Positions 48,119-58,166 of a DNA stretch of 64,000 nt are shown here, in pieces. The stretch comes from Dehalococcoidia bacterium. GTDB lineage: Bacteria; Chloroflexota; Dehalococcoidia; Bin125. Below the pieces are notes generated by a model. The model did no database searches. It was given only the letters and a program-made list of their open reading frames with translations, and was not told the DNA's origin. The stretch covers positions 264,431 to 328,430 of the forward strand of contig OZ253456.1 in NCBI GenBank assembly GCA_965261225.1, given 5' to 3'. The position numbers were made by a program, and so were the translations under genes. Each line of letters begins with the position of its first letter. The stretch's first letter is position 1.

Positions 48119-50593
48119 CTACTGTCCTCCGGAGGTGCTGCAGTAGGGGAGACCTAGCTCGTCGAGATCAGTGCGCCTGACGTTCTGCAACTCCACGGGG
48201 ATGCAGCCGGTCAGTTGGTTGCCGGCAAGTTGCAGGTGGTTCAGGTTCGTCAGATTGCCCAGGGTGGTGGGTATCCCACCCGTAAAGCTGTTGTCATCGA
48301 GCCAGAGCAGGGTCAACCCTGACAGGTTGCCCAGCCACGACGGGATCGCACCCGTGAAGCCGTTATCCCTCAACAGCAACAAGTTGAGCCCCGTGAGATT
48401 CGCCAGCTCCACTGGTAGCTCACCCACCAGCCGGTTGGTGCTCAGTGTCAGCGTCGTCAGCCTGGTGAGGTTGCCCAGTTCGGGCGGAATCTGACCGGTC
48501 AACTGATTCGGGCCCAGTTCGAGTTTCGTGAGCCTGGTCAGGCCAGCTAACTGGGACGGAATGGACCCGGTGAGCTCGTTGAAACCGAGTTCCAGCGCCG
48601 TCAACTTGGCGAGCTGGCCCAACTCTGGCGGAACGGGTCCGCTCAGTTCGTTCCCGCTGAGATCCAACTCTGTCAGCTCGGTCAAGTTACCGAGCTGAGA
48701 GGGGATGTCGCCGGTTAAGTCGTTGTTGTCGAGGTCGAGCCGCCTCAACTTGGCCAGGTTGCCCAGCTCAGCAGGAATCTCACCGCTGAGCTCATTCCAG
48801 TCCAACTCCAGTTCCCGGAGCTCGGACAGACGCCCCAACTCGGACGGGATCTCCCCGCGCATGTCGCCGTTGATGACAAGCGTCTCAAGCTTGGCCAAAT
48901 TGCCCAGTTGCGCGGGTATCTCGCCGGCGAAATCACTCAGCTCCAGGCTCTTGACCCGTTGCGGCGATCCCCCCAGTCCGATACCTGTCCAGCCGGCCAT
49001 CGGCGTGGTTGGAGACCAGTTCAACGTTCCCGTTCCGGCTATGGCATCGCGCGCCGCGAGCAGGCTCTCGCAGTCGGACACGAGCCCGTCGTTGGTGGAC
49101 GCATTCGGTACCGCTGTTCCAGTCGCGCATGAGACCGTTGCCTCGCAGAAGGGAGGAAGCGGAGGCCGTGGGTCGTCAAACCGGTATGTCGCGTATGAGC
49201 TATCCAGGGAACGGAAGCTGTCCGGTATACAGCCGGTCAGCGGGTTGCCGTGCAGGTAGTAGGAGTGCAGTGCGGACAGGCTTGCCAGCTCGGAGGGCAC
49301 GTCCCCGCTGAGAACGTTGTCTCTGAGATCAAGTGTCCCCAACCGGGACAAGTTGCCCAGCGCAGCAGGTATCGGCCCGCTCAAGTCGTTGTTGCCGAGA
49401 TTGAGACTCTTGAGTTGGGTGAGCCCACCGAGCCCAGCCGGAATCATCCCGCTCAGGCTATTGCTGGTGAGATTGAGAACCTCCAGCATCGCCAGGCTCC
49501 CCAGCTCTACGGGTATCCCGCCGCGCAGCATGTTGTGGTTGAGCCAGAGCGACCGGAGGCGCGTCAGCCTCCCCAACTCAGGCGGAATCACCCCGCTGAG
49601 GCTGTTGCCGTGAACCCGCAACGATTGCAGGTTCGTGAGCATGCCCAACTCTGCGGGTATCTCACCATCGAGCTGGTGCCAGGACACGTCGAGGATTTGC
49701 AGGTTCCCGAGCTTGCCCAACTCCCGCGGGATCGTTCCCGTCAGGCCCAGGCTGCGCTCATGTTGACCCGTCTGGTCGGAGAGGTCGAGGGTTTGCAGGT
49801 TCGACAGATTCCCCAGGGCCGGAGGGATCACTCCTGAAATGTCGTTGTTCTCGCTCAGGTCCAACACCCGCAGACTCGCGAGTGTGCTCACAGCGGCGGG
49901 AATCGCGCCCTTCAATTCATTGCTGCTCAGTTCGATATGCGTGACACAGCCGTTGACATTGGTCGTGATCCCATGCCACCTGTCGATGGCCTCGTTGGAT
50001 TGCCAGTTCGAGTCCCGACGCCAGTTCTCACCGTCTAGCGACTGATACAACGTCGTCAGCACAGCTCTGTCTCGGCTGACGCAGGCATCCGAATCCGATG
50101 TCCCTTCCGCGGGCACGGCCGACTCAGGCTGGGGCGACGCGGTCTCGGGTTCCGTGACCTCTCCCTCCGACAGCGTGATCAACGAGCTGCGCAGCCAGCG
50201 GTTGGCCCGTGCGTTCACGGGGAAATAACGAGCGCGCGGCAGAATGCGCTCTCCAGCGTCGGGGATGAAGCCAAATTCGACCCGCCGGTCCTCAAGCCGC
50301 ATTGCGGTGACCTGGCCCAGATTCTCGCCGTCCCGCTGCACCGCAGATGACAACTGCCAGCGCCCAACTGACGAGGTGGGGAAGAAGCGGCTGCGGGGCA
50401 GGATTCGCGCTTCGCCTTCGGGTTGGAATCCAAACTCAATCCGCCCGTCGTCGAGCAGTCGAGCGACGATCTTACCTTCGACCGCGGCAGCGGTCATGGC
50501 GCCATCCTGTGCCACCCCGCTCGACATCAGCGCGACTACACCGACCGCGACGAGGCTAGCCAGCAAAGCAACCAGACTGATGGGACGATACAT
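48119..50593 (-). CDS. Secreted leucine-rich repeat protein with ~25 plant-type LRRs (LxxLxxLxLxxNxLSGxIPxxLGxLxxL) and two N-terminal ~50-aa repeats.
   Basis: Signal peptide MYRPISLVALLASLVAVGVVALMSSGVAQ; long regular 24-residue LRR array; Cys-rich cap regions. Confidence 0.8.
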   Translation of the reverse strand: MYRPISLVALLASLVAVGVVALMSSGVAQDGAMTAAAVEGKIVARLLDDGRIEFGFQPEGEARILPRSRFFPTSSVGRWQLSSAVQRDGENLGQVTAMRLEDRRVEFGFIPDAGERILPRARYFPVNARANRWLRSSLITLSEGEVTEPETASPQPESAVPAEGTSDSDACVSRDRAVLTTLYQSLDGENWRRDSNWQSNEAIDRWHGITTNVNGCVTHIELSSNELKGAIPAAVSTLASLRVLDLSENNDISGVIPPALGNLSNLQTLDLSDQTGQHERSLGLTGTIPRELGKLGNLQILDVSWHQLDGEIPAELGMLTNLQSLRVHGNSLSGVIPPELGRLTRLRSLWLNHNMLRGGIPVELGSLAMLEVLNLTSNSLSGMIPAGLGGLTQLKSLNLGNNDLSGPIPAALGNLSRLGTLDLRDNVLSGDVPSELASLSALHSYYLHGNPLTGCIPDSFRSLDSSYATYRFDDPRPPLPPFCEATVSCATGTAVPNASTNDGLVSDCESLLAARDAIAGTGTLNWSPTTPMAGWTGIGLGGSPQRVKSLELSDFAGEIPAQLGNLAKLETLVINGDMRGEIPSELGRLSELRELELDWNELSGEIPAELGNLAKLRRLDLDNNDLTGDIPSQLGNLTELTELDLSGNELSGPVPPELGQLAKLTALELGFNELTGSIPSQLAGLTRLTKLELGPNQLTGQIPPELGNLTRLTTLTLSTNRLVGELPVELANLTGLNLLLLRDNGFTGAIPSWLGNLSGLTLLWLDDNSFTGGIPTTLGNLTNLNHLQLAGNQLTGCIPVELQNVRRTDLDELGLPYCSTSGGQ

Positions 50594-50735
50594 TGTGCGA
50601 CCCTTCTGCACTGAGTGGCTGACAGCCGTCCGCGAAGATGGTACTTCAACTGGTAGACACCGGTTTGGAGCCTATTCACATCGTTTGCAGAGCGTCACAT
50701 ATAAACGCAACATAGATCGAGCTATCAGAGGCCGT

Positions 50736-50860
50736 CGCACAAACCCTAAGTTCGTCATTCCCGCGCAGGCGGGAATCCAGCCTTGACCAGATTTGGAGAA
50801 TAGATTCTCGCCTGCGCGGGAATGACGAACTTGGGGCGATCGAGGGTTTGTGCAACAGCC
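50736..50860. repeat. Second copy of the MITE-like palindromic element; it contains a perfect 24-bp inverted repeat AAGTTCGTCATTCCCGCGCAGGCG.
   Basis: aagttcgtcattcccgcgcaggcg ...(spacer)... cgcctgcgcgggaatgacgaactt; ends with gggtttgtgcaacagcctcagc as at 47445-47466. Confidence 0.65.
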
Positions 50861-51300
50861 TCAGCAGGCTGCTGAAAGATCGCGTATGAGATCATCGAGG
50901 TGCGAGTGTTGTTGTAACTGAGGGAGACTGCGATGCGTGGTCAGTCTGAGCGGTAGGCGACGTTGCTGTTGGGTTTGACGCCGGACGGATTCGTGCCCCG
51001 GGACCATCCGCTGCGCCGGATCAAGCCGCTGGTCGATTCGGCGCTGGGGTGCATGTCGCCCGTGTTCGACGAGGTGTACGCGGCCGGCGGACGGCGCTCG
51101 ATTCCGCCGCACGACGCGACATGACGGCTACCAACACAGCCAACGCCGGCGCAAGCGGGTCGAGGAAGTCGTCGGCTCGATCAAGACGATCGGCGGCGGC
51201 AAGCTGCGCTATCTCGGTCGGGCGCGCAACAAGCTCTGGCTGGAACTGACCGCCGCCGCCTATGATCTTGTCCGCATCGCGAAGCTCGATCTGGCTCCCG
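50861..51300 (+). pseudogene. Remnant of an IS5-family transposase: N-terminal ~55 aa with an in-frame TAG and C-terminal ~45 aa; the middle is deleted.
   Basis: MRGQSER*ATLLLGLTPDGFVPRDHPLRRIKPLVDSALGCMSPVFDEVYAAGGRRSIPP and ..VGSIKTIGGGKLRYLGRARNKLWLELTAAAYDLVRIAKLDLAPA are typical IS5-family Tnp termini. Confidence 0.6.
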
Positions 51301-51448
51301 CCTAGGACAACGCCGACAGTCACGACGGAGCGCTCAAGATCAGGCCCGCCGACGCACCTCGATCAAACGGCCACCGGGCACGAACAGAGTCGCCACTGTC
51401 TCGTTGCGCAGCCAATCTCTGTCACAGCCCACATTCTTCAGCATCCTG

Positions 51449-52625
51449 CTAGTGTCCTGAGTCGGGAATACGGTTGAGATATCCGGCGAGGTTGTCGAAG
51501 ATCTGGTCGGCGGTCTTGTGCCAGACGAAGGGGCGCGGGTGTTCGTTCCAGCCGGCGACCCAGCGTTCGATGTCGCGGGTCAGGTCGGCCACGCTGCGGT
51601 GCGCGCCGCGCCTGAGCCACTTGGTGGTCAGTTCGGCGAACCAGCGTTCGACCAGGTTCATCCAGGAGCTGTAGGTGGGGGTGAAGTGAAAGCTGAAGCG
51701 GGGATGACGCTGGAGCCAGCGCTGGATCTCGGCGGTCCGGTGGGTGGCCACGTTGTCCAAGACGACATGCACGGCGAGTTCGTCGGGTACCTGCTCGTCA
51801 ATCAGGTCGAGGAAGCGCCGGAACTCGCGGGCCCGGTGTCGCGGGGTCAGGTCGGCGATCACGTGGCCCGAGGCGATATCCAGCGCCGCGTAGAGGTTGG
51901 TGGCGCCATGACGGACGTAACCGTGAGTCTGACGGCGAGGCACGCCGGGCAGCATCGGCCGCGTCGCAGCGGTGCGGTCAAGCGCCCGGATCTGGGTTTT
52001 CTCGTCCACACACAGGACGACCGCCGCGTCGGGTGGGTTGAGATAGAGGCCGGCCACGTCGCGCACCTTGTCGATGAACTGCGGGTCGGGCGACAGCTTG
52101 AACTGCTCGACGAGGTGCGGCTTGAGGCCGAAGGCGCGCCAGATCCTGGAGACCGCCGTCTGCGACATGCCCATCTCGGCGGCCATCGAACGGGTTGACC
52201 AGTGAGTCGCGTGGCGCGGTTGCTGTTCCAGCGTCTTGACGATCACCGCTTCCACCTGCTCGTCGCCAATCGTGCGGGGCGCGCCGGGACGCGGCTCATC
52301 GCTCAGCCCATCCAGCCGCCGCTGGGCGAAGCGTCGCCGCCACTTGCCGGCCGTGACCGGATGGCAACCGAGCGCCGCGCCGATCTCCGTGTTCGTTTGC
52401 CCGGCCGCCGCTCCGAGCACGATCCGGCTGCGCAGCGCCAGGGCCTGCGCCGTGCTCGGTCGGCGCGCCCAGCGCTCCAGCGTCTCTCGCTCCTCCGCAC
52501 TCAGCACGATCGTCACCGTCGGGCGGCCCAGTTGGGTACGCATGACACTCCACCGAGAACCCCGGATGACCAAACCAACTCCACCATACCCGCTTGTTCA
52601 TCGCATTAGCGACTCAGGACACTAG
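51449..52625 (-). mobile_element. IS630-family insertion sequence (~1.18 kb) with an intact 374-aa transposase (CDS 51449..52573) and ~16-bp terminal inverted repeats CTAGTGTCCTGAGTCG flanked by TA.
   Basis: HTH plus DDE transposase (..VLCVDEKTQIRAL..VVLDNVATH..PTYSSWMNLVERWF..). TIRs ctagtgtcctgagtcg (51449-51464) and cgactcaggacactag (52610-52625), read directly. Confidence 0.85.
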
Positions 52626-53258
52626 GTCTGGGCGCTCGTGCCACCGGTCGTCGCTGGATGGTGTGTGCTGGTCATTTTGGACGCGTACGAATCGCTCCTC
52701 GATCAGGTGGTCCAACACCAGCCTGGCATTGGCGCGCGCGGATTGTTGGACGGTGTCAAGCGAAATCTCCGGGTGTTGCGGAGCTTCATACGGATCATCG
52801 ATCCCGGTGAAGTTGGCGATCTCACCGCGGCGCGCCCTGGCGTACATGCCCTTGGGGTCGCGCTCTTCGCAGACATGGAGCGGCGTGTCGACGAACACCT
52901 CGATAAAATGTTTGGATCCGACCATGGTCCGTACCTCATTTCGCACAGCGCTGTAGGGGCTCACGGCCGCACAGATTGCGACTCCGCCATGACGGACGAT
53001 TTCCGAGGCGACGAATCCAATCCGCCGTATGTTGGCGTCGCGGTCCTCTTTGGAGAAGCCCAGGCCCTTGGACAAGTGCGTTCTGACGACGTCCCCGTCG
53101 AGGACCGTTACCTGCCGCCCGTGCTCCATGAACAAGCCCGTGAGCAGCTCGGCGGTTGTGGACTTGCCTGAACCGCTGAGGCCGGTGAACCAGACGCACA
53201 CCCCCTGGCGATGCTTCGGCGGATGGTGCTCAGCCACGATCCTGGCGACCTCGGGCAT
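52614..53258 (-). CDS. cysC: Adenylyl-sulfate (APS) kinase; orphan, with its 3' end running into the IS630 terminal repeat.
   Basis: P-loop ..WFTGLSGSGKST.. and APS-kinase core. The last three codons (..LVS*) and the stop are encoded by the IS630 TIR. The start ATG is 4 bp from the IS427-like left end. Confidence 0.8.
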   Translation of the reverse strand: MPEVARIVAEHHPPKHRQGVCVWFTGLSGSGKSTTAELLTGLFMEHGRQVTVLDGDVVRTHLSKGLGFSKEDRDANIRRIGFVASEIVRHGGVAICAAVSPYSAVRNEVRTMVGSKHFIEVFVDTPLHVCEERDPKGMYARARRGEIANFTGIDDPYEAPQHPEISLDTVQQSARANARLVLDHLIEERFVRVQNDQHTPSSDDRWHERPDLVS

Positions 53259-54099
53259 GGGCTTGTTCACAGTAGTTGGAGTGCGTCGTAGATCAGGGCG
53301 AGATGGATGAAGCTGAGGAAGATCAGGTCGAGTTTGTCGTAGCGAGTGGCGATCCGGCGGAAGCGCTTGAGCCGGCAGCAGAAGCGCTCGACCTCGTTGC
53401 GGCAGCGGTAGAGTTGGCGGTCGTAGGTCCAGGTCGGGTTGCGGTAGCTGGGCGGCGGGACGACCGGGCGGTAGCCCAGGTCGCGCGCCAGTTGACGCGT
53501 CTCATTGCCGTGGTCGGCACGGCCCATGATCAGCGCCGGGCCACCTGTGACTGGTCCGAGCCGGCGCAGCAACTCGCGACCAGCGGGTGCATCACCGGCC
53601 TGACCAGGTGAGAGTCCGATGATCATCGGCGTGCGCTCGTTGGCGACCAGCGCATGCAGCTTGGTGCTCAGGCCGCCACGCGAGCGTCCGATCGCTTGGC
53701 GCCCCTGTTTCGCAGTGCGCCCGTGCCGTGCGCATGCAGCTTGATGATCGTGCTGTCCAGCGACAACGCGTCCAGTTCCAGCGCAGCGAGCTGGTCGCGC
53801 TGCAGTTCCGTGACGACGCGCTCCAACACGCCCGCTTTGGCCCAGCGATTGAGCCGCATGTAGATCGTGTGCCAGTGGCCGAACTCGGTTGGCAGGCCGC
53901 GCCAGGTGCAGCCCTCTTTCGCGATGTAGAACAACGCATCCAGGACCTGGCGCGGGGGAATCGTCAACTTGCCTCGCGGCGTCGGCAGCAAGGGCGCGAC
54001 CCGCTCGTACTGAGCATCTGTCAGTGTCATCTGGTCACCAAGGCCGCGCCGCCAAGCACCCCCACTATGTCAGATCTGCGGGCTACTGTGAACAGCCCC
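53259..54099 (-). mobile_element. IS5-family (IS427-group) insertion sequence, apparently complete (841 bp). orfA 53668..54030 and orfB 53267..53626 are in a -1 frameshift arrangement; ~17-bp TIRs.
   Basis: TIRs gggcttgttcacagtag / ctactgtgaacagcccc. orfA MTLTDAQYERVAPLLPTPRGKL..LDSTIIKLHAHGTGA (D1), orfB ..LIMGRADHGNETRQL..YRCRNEVERFCCRLKRFRRIATRYDK (D2, E). The orfB frame is open upstream across the orfA stop. Confidence 0.8.
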
Positions 54100-54854
54100 T
54101 AGGCGGCGCGCATCGGACCTATCGATTCGAAGCGGCAAGAGTCCCGCTCGATGTAGGCCAACGAGCGCTCAACTATCTCCGAGCCGAGCAGCGGTCGGAG
54201 GCATAGTGCCACCTCTTCGATGCCAAGACCGTTCCAGACGTAGTAGAGGTCGTAGGCGTCTTGCTCCACGCCACGGTTGGCGAAGGCGAGCGCCTTGAGC
54301 ACGGTAAGGGCGCCGGGTCCGCAGACGTGGAACTTCCTCGTCGCCCGTTCGCCGCGCAAGGTGCGGCCGCTCAGTTCGATCGTGCGCCTGTCCTTGAACG
54401 CGAGCGCGAGCCCGGGGATGACGAAAGCGCCGAAGTCGCGATCGAAACGCATCATGCGTTCTTCCGGGCCCGCCTCTGGTGATGGATTGATCAAGAAGTC
54501 AATCATCACGACAGGCGCGTCAACGGTATGCCAGCGTTGCAACATTGGCTGATCCTCATTGTTCAGGTCCGGTTCGAATCCGGCCTCGACCAGCCGCGTA
54601 CGAAGCGCCTGATAGCGTCGGTCGTCGAAGAGCGTCACATCGAGACCCAGATCGACATCCATCGTGCCCGCGTGGGCGCCGAGATCGAACGGCGGCGGAT
54701 CCTGCTCAACCAGCAGCGCCGGAGCGAGGCCGCCGACGATCACGATCTCATCGAGTAGGTCACCCAGCCTGGTCGCAAGTTCGAGACATGCCGAACGCGC
54801 CTGTTCGATAAATTCGATGTCGTAGCCGTCCGCCGTGCGGGGCTTTTCATCCAT
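54099..54854 (-). CDS. abiEii: AbiEii-family nucleotidyltransferase toxin (type IV TA / abortive infection).
   Basis: ..IVIVGGLAPALL..GTMDVDLGL.. GG/DxD nucleotidyltransferase motif; overlaps the upstream abiEi by 8 nt. Confidence 0.65.
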   Translation of the reverse strand: MDEKPRTADGYDIEFIEQARSACLELATRLGDLLDEIVIVGGLAPALLVEQDPPPFDLGAHAGTMDVDLGLDVTLFDDRRYQALRTRLVEAGFEPDLNNEDQPMLQRWHTVDAPVVMIDFLINPSPEAGPEERMMRFDRDFGAFVIPGLALAFKDRRTIELSGRTLRGERATRKFHVCGPGALTVLKALAFANRGVEQDAYDLYYVWNGLGIEEVALCLRPLLGSEIVERSLAYIERDSCRFESIGPMRAA

Positions 54855-55899
54855 GCTCGGCCCAGCCAAATTGAGTGCGTAGTTCCTCAGCCGCCTCGCG
54901 GGCTCGTTCGGGATGGGCAAGAAGATCCAGATAAATCTGCACGAGATGCGCGCAGTCCATGCCGTCAACGACGGAACCGCCATCAAACACACCTTCGTCC
55001 TGGGGCACAAGCAGCCAGAGATTGGCGCCCCGCGGCTCGGGCGTAAATCCGATCAGGTCGAGCAGCGCTGGAGACGGTGCTTGATCCACGTAGACCGTGG
55101 TCAACCGGTAGCGCGCGAACTGAGTCCGCAGCCAGGCTCCGGCCAATCCGGTAAGGGCATAGCGACGATCGTATTTCGCGCAGCTATCGGCGACGATTTG
55201 GGCGACACTCTGTCGGTTGGCCGGCGTGACATGACCCGCGATCAGGCGGTGCTTGTCGAACCGGTACTCTTCCGCCCAGGCATCGAGCAGGCGGTCTGGA
55301 TCTGTCGCGCGCACGCCGGACGCCTGGCGTTCTACCAGGCCCATCTCATTGAGCTTCGCCAGAACGCGGCTAAGGTATCCGGGGTTGAGACCTGTGAGAC
55401 TGGCCAACTCACCCTGGGGAATGACCCGTCGCGGTTCGATCAGCAGCTGCCGCGCGACACGAGAACCGCGCGGAGCGAAGGCCGTATCCGGCCGGCCCGG
55501 CCGCGCGAAACGGTTCTTGCACCCCTCCACATGAACGAACAGTTCGGGCGCTTTGATGCTCGCGTTGCCGGACAGGTCAATCCAGTTGACGCCGGACGAT
55601 GCGCAGCTCCTGCGGCCGGCTGGACTCATGTAGGGCACAACCAAGAGGGGAACAAGCGGAGGGCGCGAACACGGCATGCCGTGCGCGATCTGGTTGATCC
55701 CTGTGTGCACGTGGCGCGGCGAACCGGAGGCTTTCCAATTCAGCGCGAATGCGTGGGAGCCCGAGCGGGCGGTGGCATCGAAACCTACATCAGGCAGGGA
55801 GAGCGCCACTCCCGCCGGCATGTGCTCGACGGGTTCGCCAAGTATCTCGCAGAGACGTAGGAGGGCGAGTTCAATCGCCTCCGCTTCTGTGATGGGCAT
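54847..55899 (-). CDS. abiEi: AbiEi-family antitoxin / transcriptional regulator (wHTH).
   Basis: ..IPQGELASLTGLNPGYLSRVLAKLNEMGLVERQ.. winged HTH; partner of a DUF1814/AbiEii-like gene. Confidence 0.6.
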   Translation of the reverse strand: MPITEAEAIELALLRLCEILGEPVEHMPAGVALSLPDVGFDATARSGSHAFALNWKASGSPRHVHTGINQIAHGMPCSRPPLVPLLVVPYMSPAGRRSCASSGVNWIDLSGNASIKAPELFVHVEGCKNRFARPGRPDTAFAPRGSRVARQLLIEPRRVIPQGELASLTGLNPGYLSRVLAKLNEMGLVERQASGVRATDPDRLLDAWAEEYRFDKHRLIAGHVTPANRQSVAQIVADSCAKYDRRYALTGLAGAWLRTQFARYRLTTVYVDQAPSPALLDLIGFTPEPRGANLWLLVPQDEGVFDGGSVVDGMDCAHLVQIYLDLLAHPERAREAAEELRTQFGWAEHG

Positions 55900-56914
55900 G
55901 TTGTCTTTATGCAGCGATTTGCTCCATTGAGCAAACAGAGATACATACACAAGCACCCCGCATGTGCCGACAACGGCAGGCTGGAGCCATGAAGGAGAAT
56001 CCTGGCGGTAGCGGCTCGTTAGACGCGCGGTCTTGAGTGGGACCCATAGGGATTCGCATGTTGCTCCCGGCTCGGTCTCGCCTAACCAAATGTGCCTTTA
56101 GTCCAGCCGTAGTCAGATGGCGGCCGAGCTGAAAGCAGATCCGGCACTGAACAGAACCAGTTGCCTAAATCATGCCAATTGCTTCGACGTGCAAACAATT
56201 TGATTGAGGCAACGGCAACTCTGCTCGATTGACACGGGAACCTCGATCACATCCCCACCGCTCGCGCACAGTCCAACCGGACTCGTCGTCGGAACTCAGG
56301 CTGGGCGAACATCCGATCTGCCTGAGCCACGCGGTCCAATCGAATAGGAGTCGCAACAGTGGGCAGAGCATGATCGCACCTGTCCGAGCGCAAGGTATCC
56401 GTACGAAACTTGCCTTCAAGCCGACCATTGATTTGGGCAGAGCGCGAGAGGCGAATGGTCGATACGACGTCAAGCGTGATGCAATCCACAGCGCCATTCG
56501 CCGGGCGATAGCCCAACGCCGAACACGGTTTCCGTAGACCGCGCAATCGGGCCGAAACTCGCGCTGTCATTCTTTCCCCTCGTCGCAGCCGGACCTGGCC
56601 TGCTATGGGGAGAACAGGCTGTGGACGACACTCAGCTTGGCCCACCACAGGTGGCGCAGCAGGCCGCGCTGCCTCACCAAATCCAGGCGATCGGTTCGTA
56701 GTTCAGTAACAGATGGCCGTGAACAGTGGGCCTACACGTACCGAATTGCGAACTTCTCGGTGGGACGTTCTTATCTGAGGAGGCGGACAGGCGACTCCGG
56801 AAAGCGCCTCACGAGCTACCGATCCACCAGGGTTGGAGGCTCAGCCATGCTATGGCTCTCGTGTTCTCAGACCTAACGCCTTTCGCAGGCGCGCGCTTTT
56901 CAGCGTCGCCTGGC

Positions 56915-57559
56915 TCAGCTTGTTAAGCCCTTGATGGTAGATGGCAATTCTCTAAACGTAGCGACCCTGGCAGTCGCTATGGACAAATCGTGAGTTGCAG
57001 TGAACTCGTTTGCAACCACGATGCAGTCAATACCGGCCGCAATTGCCGACTTCAACCCTCTCGCCGAGTCTTCAATAACTACCGTTTCAGCGGCAGTCGC
57101 ACCAAAGCGTTGGAGTCCTCTCAGATAGGGTTCGGGGTGTGGCTTAGCTCGTTCATAGTCCTCCACAGTCAAATAGAATTCCATATAGTCTAGAATGAAT
57201 CGCTCTTCGTGTATGAGGGTGAAGTCAGTTCGTTTGGATGTAGTAACTATACCCATCCTATACGCATCTGCGAGTTCGGCTAGTGTTTGCAACACACCCT
57301 CGATCTCGATGTCTTCGGTCATCAGGTATTCCTGGTAGTATCGGTTTCTTAGTTCTCGGCCACGTCTAATATCAGATTCGGACATTCCTGAAACTCGTGC
57401 CGCCTCCCACGCGGAAACTCCATTCGCCATATTCACCAAATATGCGTCTCGTGGGAGATCAATTCGGAGAGATGCCAGCGCTCGTTTGTTTGCTAGGTAA
57501 TACCAATGTTCTGTTTCGACTAACACTCCATCATGGTCAAAGAGAATGTATTGTTTCAC
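56915..57559 (-). CDS. HAD-superfamily hydrolase (beta-phosphoglucomutase-like subfamily) on a low-GC islet.
   Basis: MKQYILFDHDGVLVETE (DxDGV motif I), ..VTTS.. motif II, ..EDSARGLKSAIAAGIDCIVV motif IV. GC visibly lower (~45-50%) than the surrounding ~65%. Confidence 0.75.
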   Translation of the reverse strand: MKQYILFDHDGVLVETEHWYYLANKRALASLRIDLPRDAYLVNMANGVSAWEAARVSGMSESDIRRGRELRNRYYQEYLMTEDIEIEGVLQTLAELADAYRMGIVTTSKRTDFTLIHEERFILDYMEFYLTVEDYERAKPHPEPYLRGLQRFGATAAETVVIEDSARGLKSAIAAGIDCIVVANEFTATHDLSIATARVATFRELPSTIKGLTS

Positions 57560-58166
57560 TGTTGTGTTCGATTCAATTTCGGCTTATCGATTAAGCTAAC
57601 ACACACGGATGACAGTCCCCAAGGGAGTGTGAACGCCGCTGAGATCGCCCTCAACGGCGGAGTTTGCAGTTCAGTACGTCATGATGGACAGTGCGGTTCG
57701 TTGTCTTTCGTATTGCCGGCCTGCGGCGTCTATCGCCTGTCCGTCTGGATCGGCGGCGGCTGGGTGCGCGAGGGCAGACGAGGCCCCGCTCAGACTTGGA
57801 ACAGCGCGAAGTCGGTTAGTGTCACAAACGCCGATCTGACCGGTATCGAATTCCGCCTGCCCGCAGAACCAGCATCTTTCTGTCACTGATCGGGAAGCTC
57901 GCTCGGGTCCGTAGCACGGCGGCCCGGTCCGGCTGTTGACCGTGCGTCAAGCCTGACTGAACGCCGTCTCGGGAGTTCGTTTCGTGTTCAGCCAGCTCGG
58001 CCTGGGCTAGCACCGCCAGCGACGGCGGCTGAGCCCTGACCCGCGGGGCCGGATGTCGGTTCCGTGGCTGCTGGTAGCCTCGCACGCGATGGACCTGATC
58101 TGTTTCACGAAACTGCTCCAGCCCCTCGGCGCCGATGAGCTGATCGACTTCACGCGCCGGACTTGA

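Noticed and set aside
54550-54570. GGTTCGAATCC tRNA T-loop-like string
   Set aside because: It lies inside the abiEii coding sequence, and no complementary acceptor 5' strand sits ~70 nt upstream.
55960-56900. Gene-free 0.9-kb stretch scanned for RNase P, tmRNA or other ncRNA signatures
   Set aside because: No conserved ncRNA motifs recognisable by eye; it is left as unexplained non-coding DNA.
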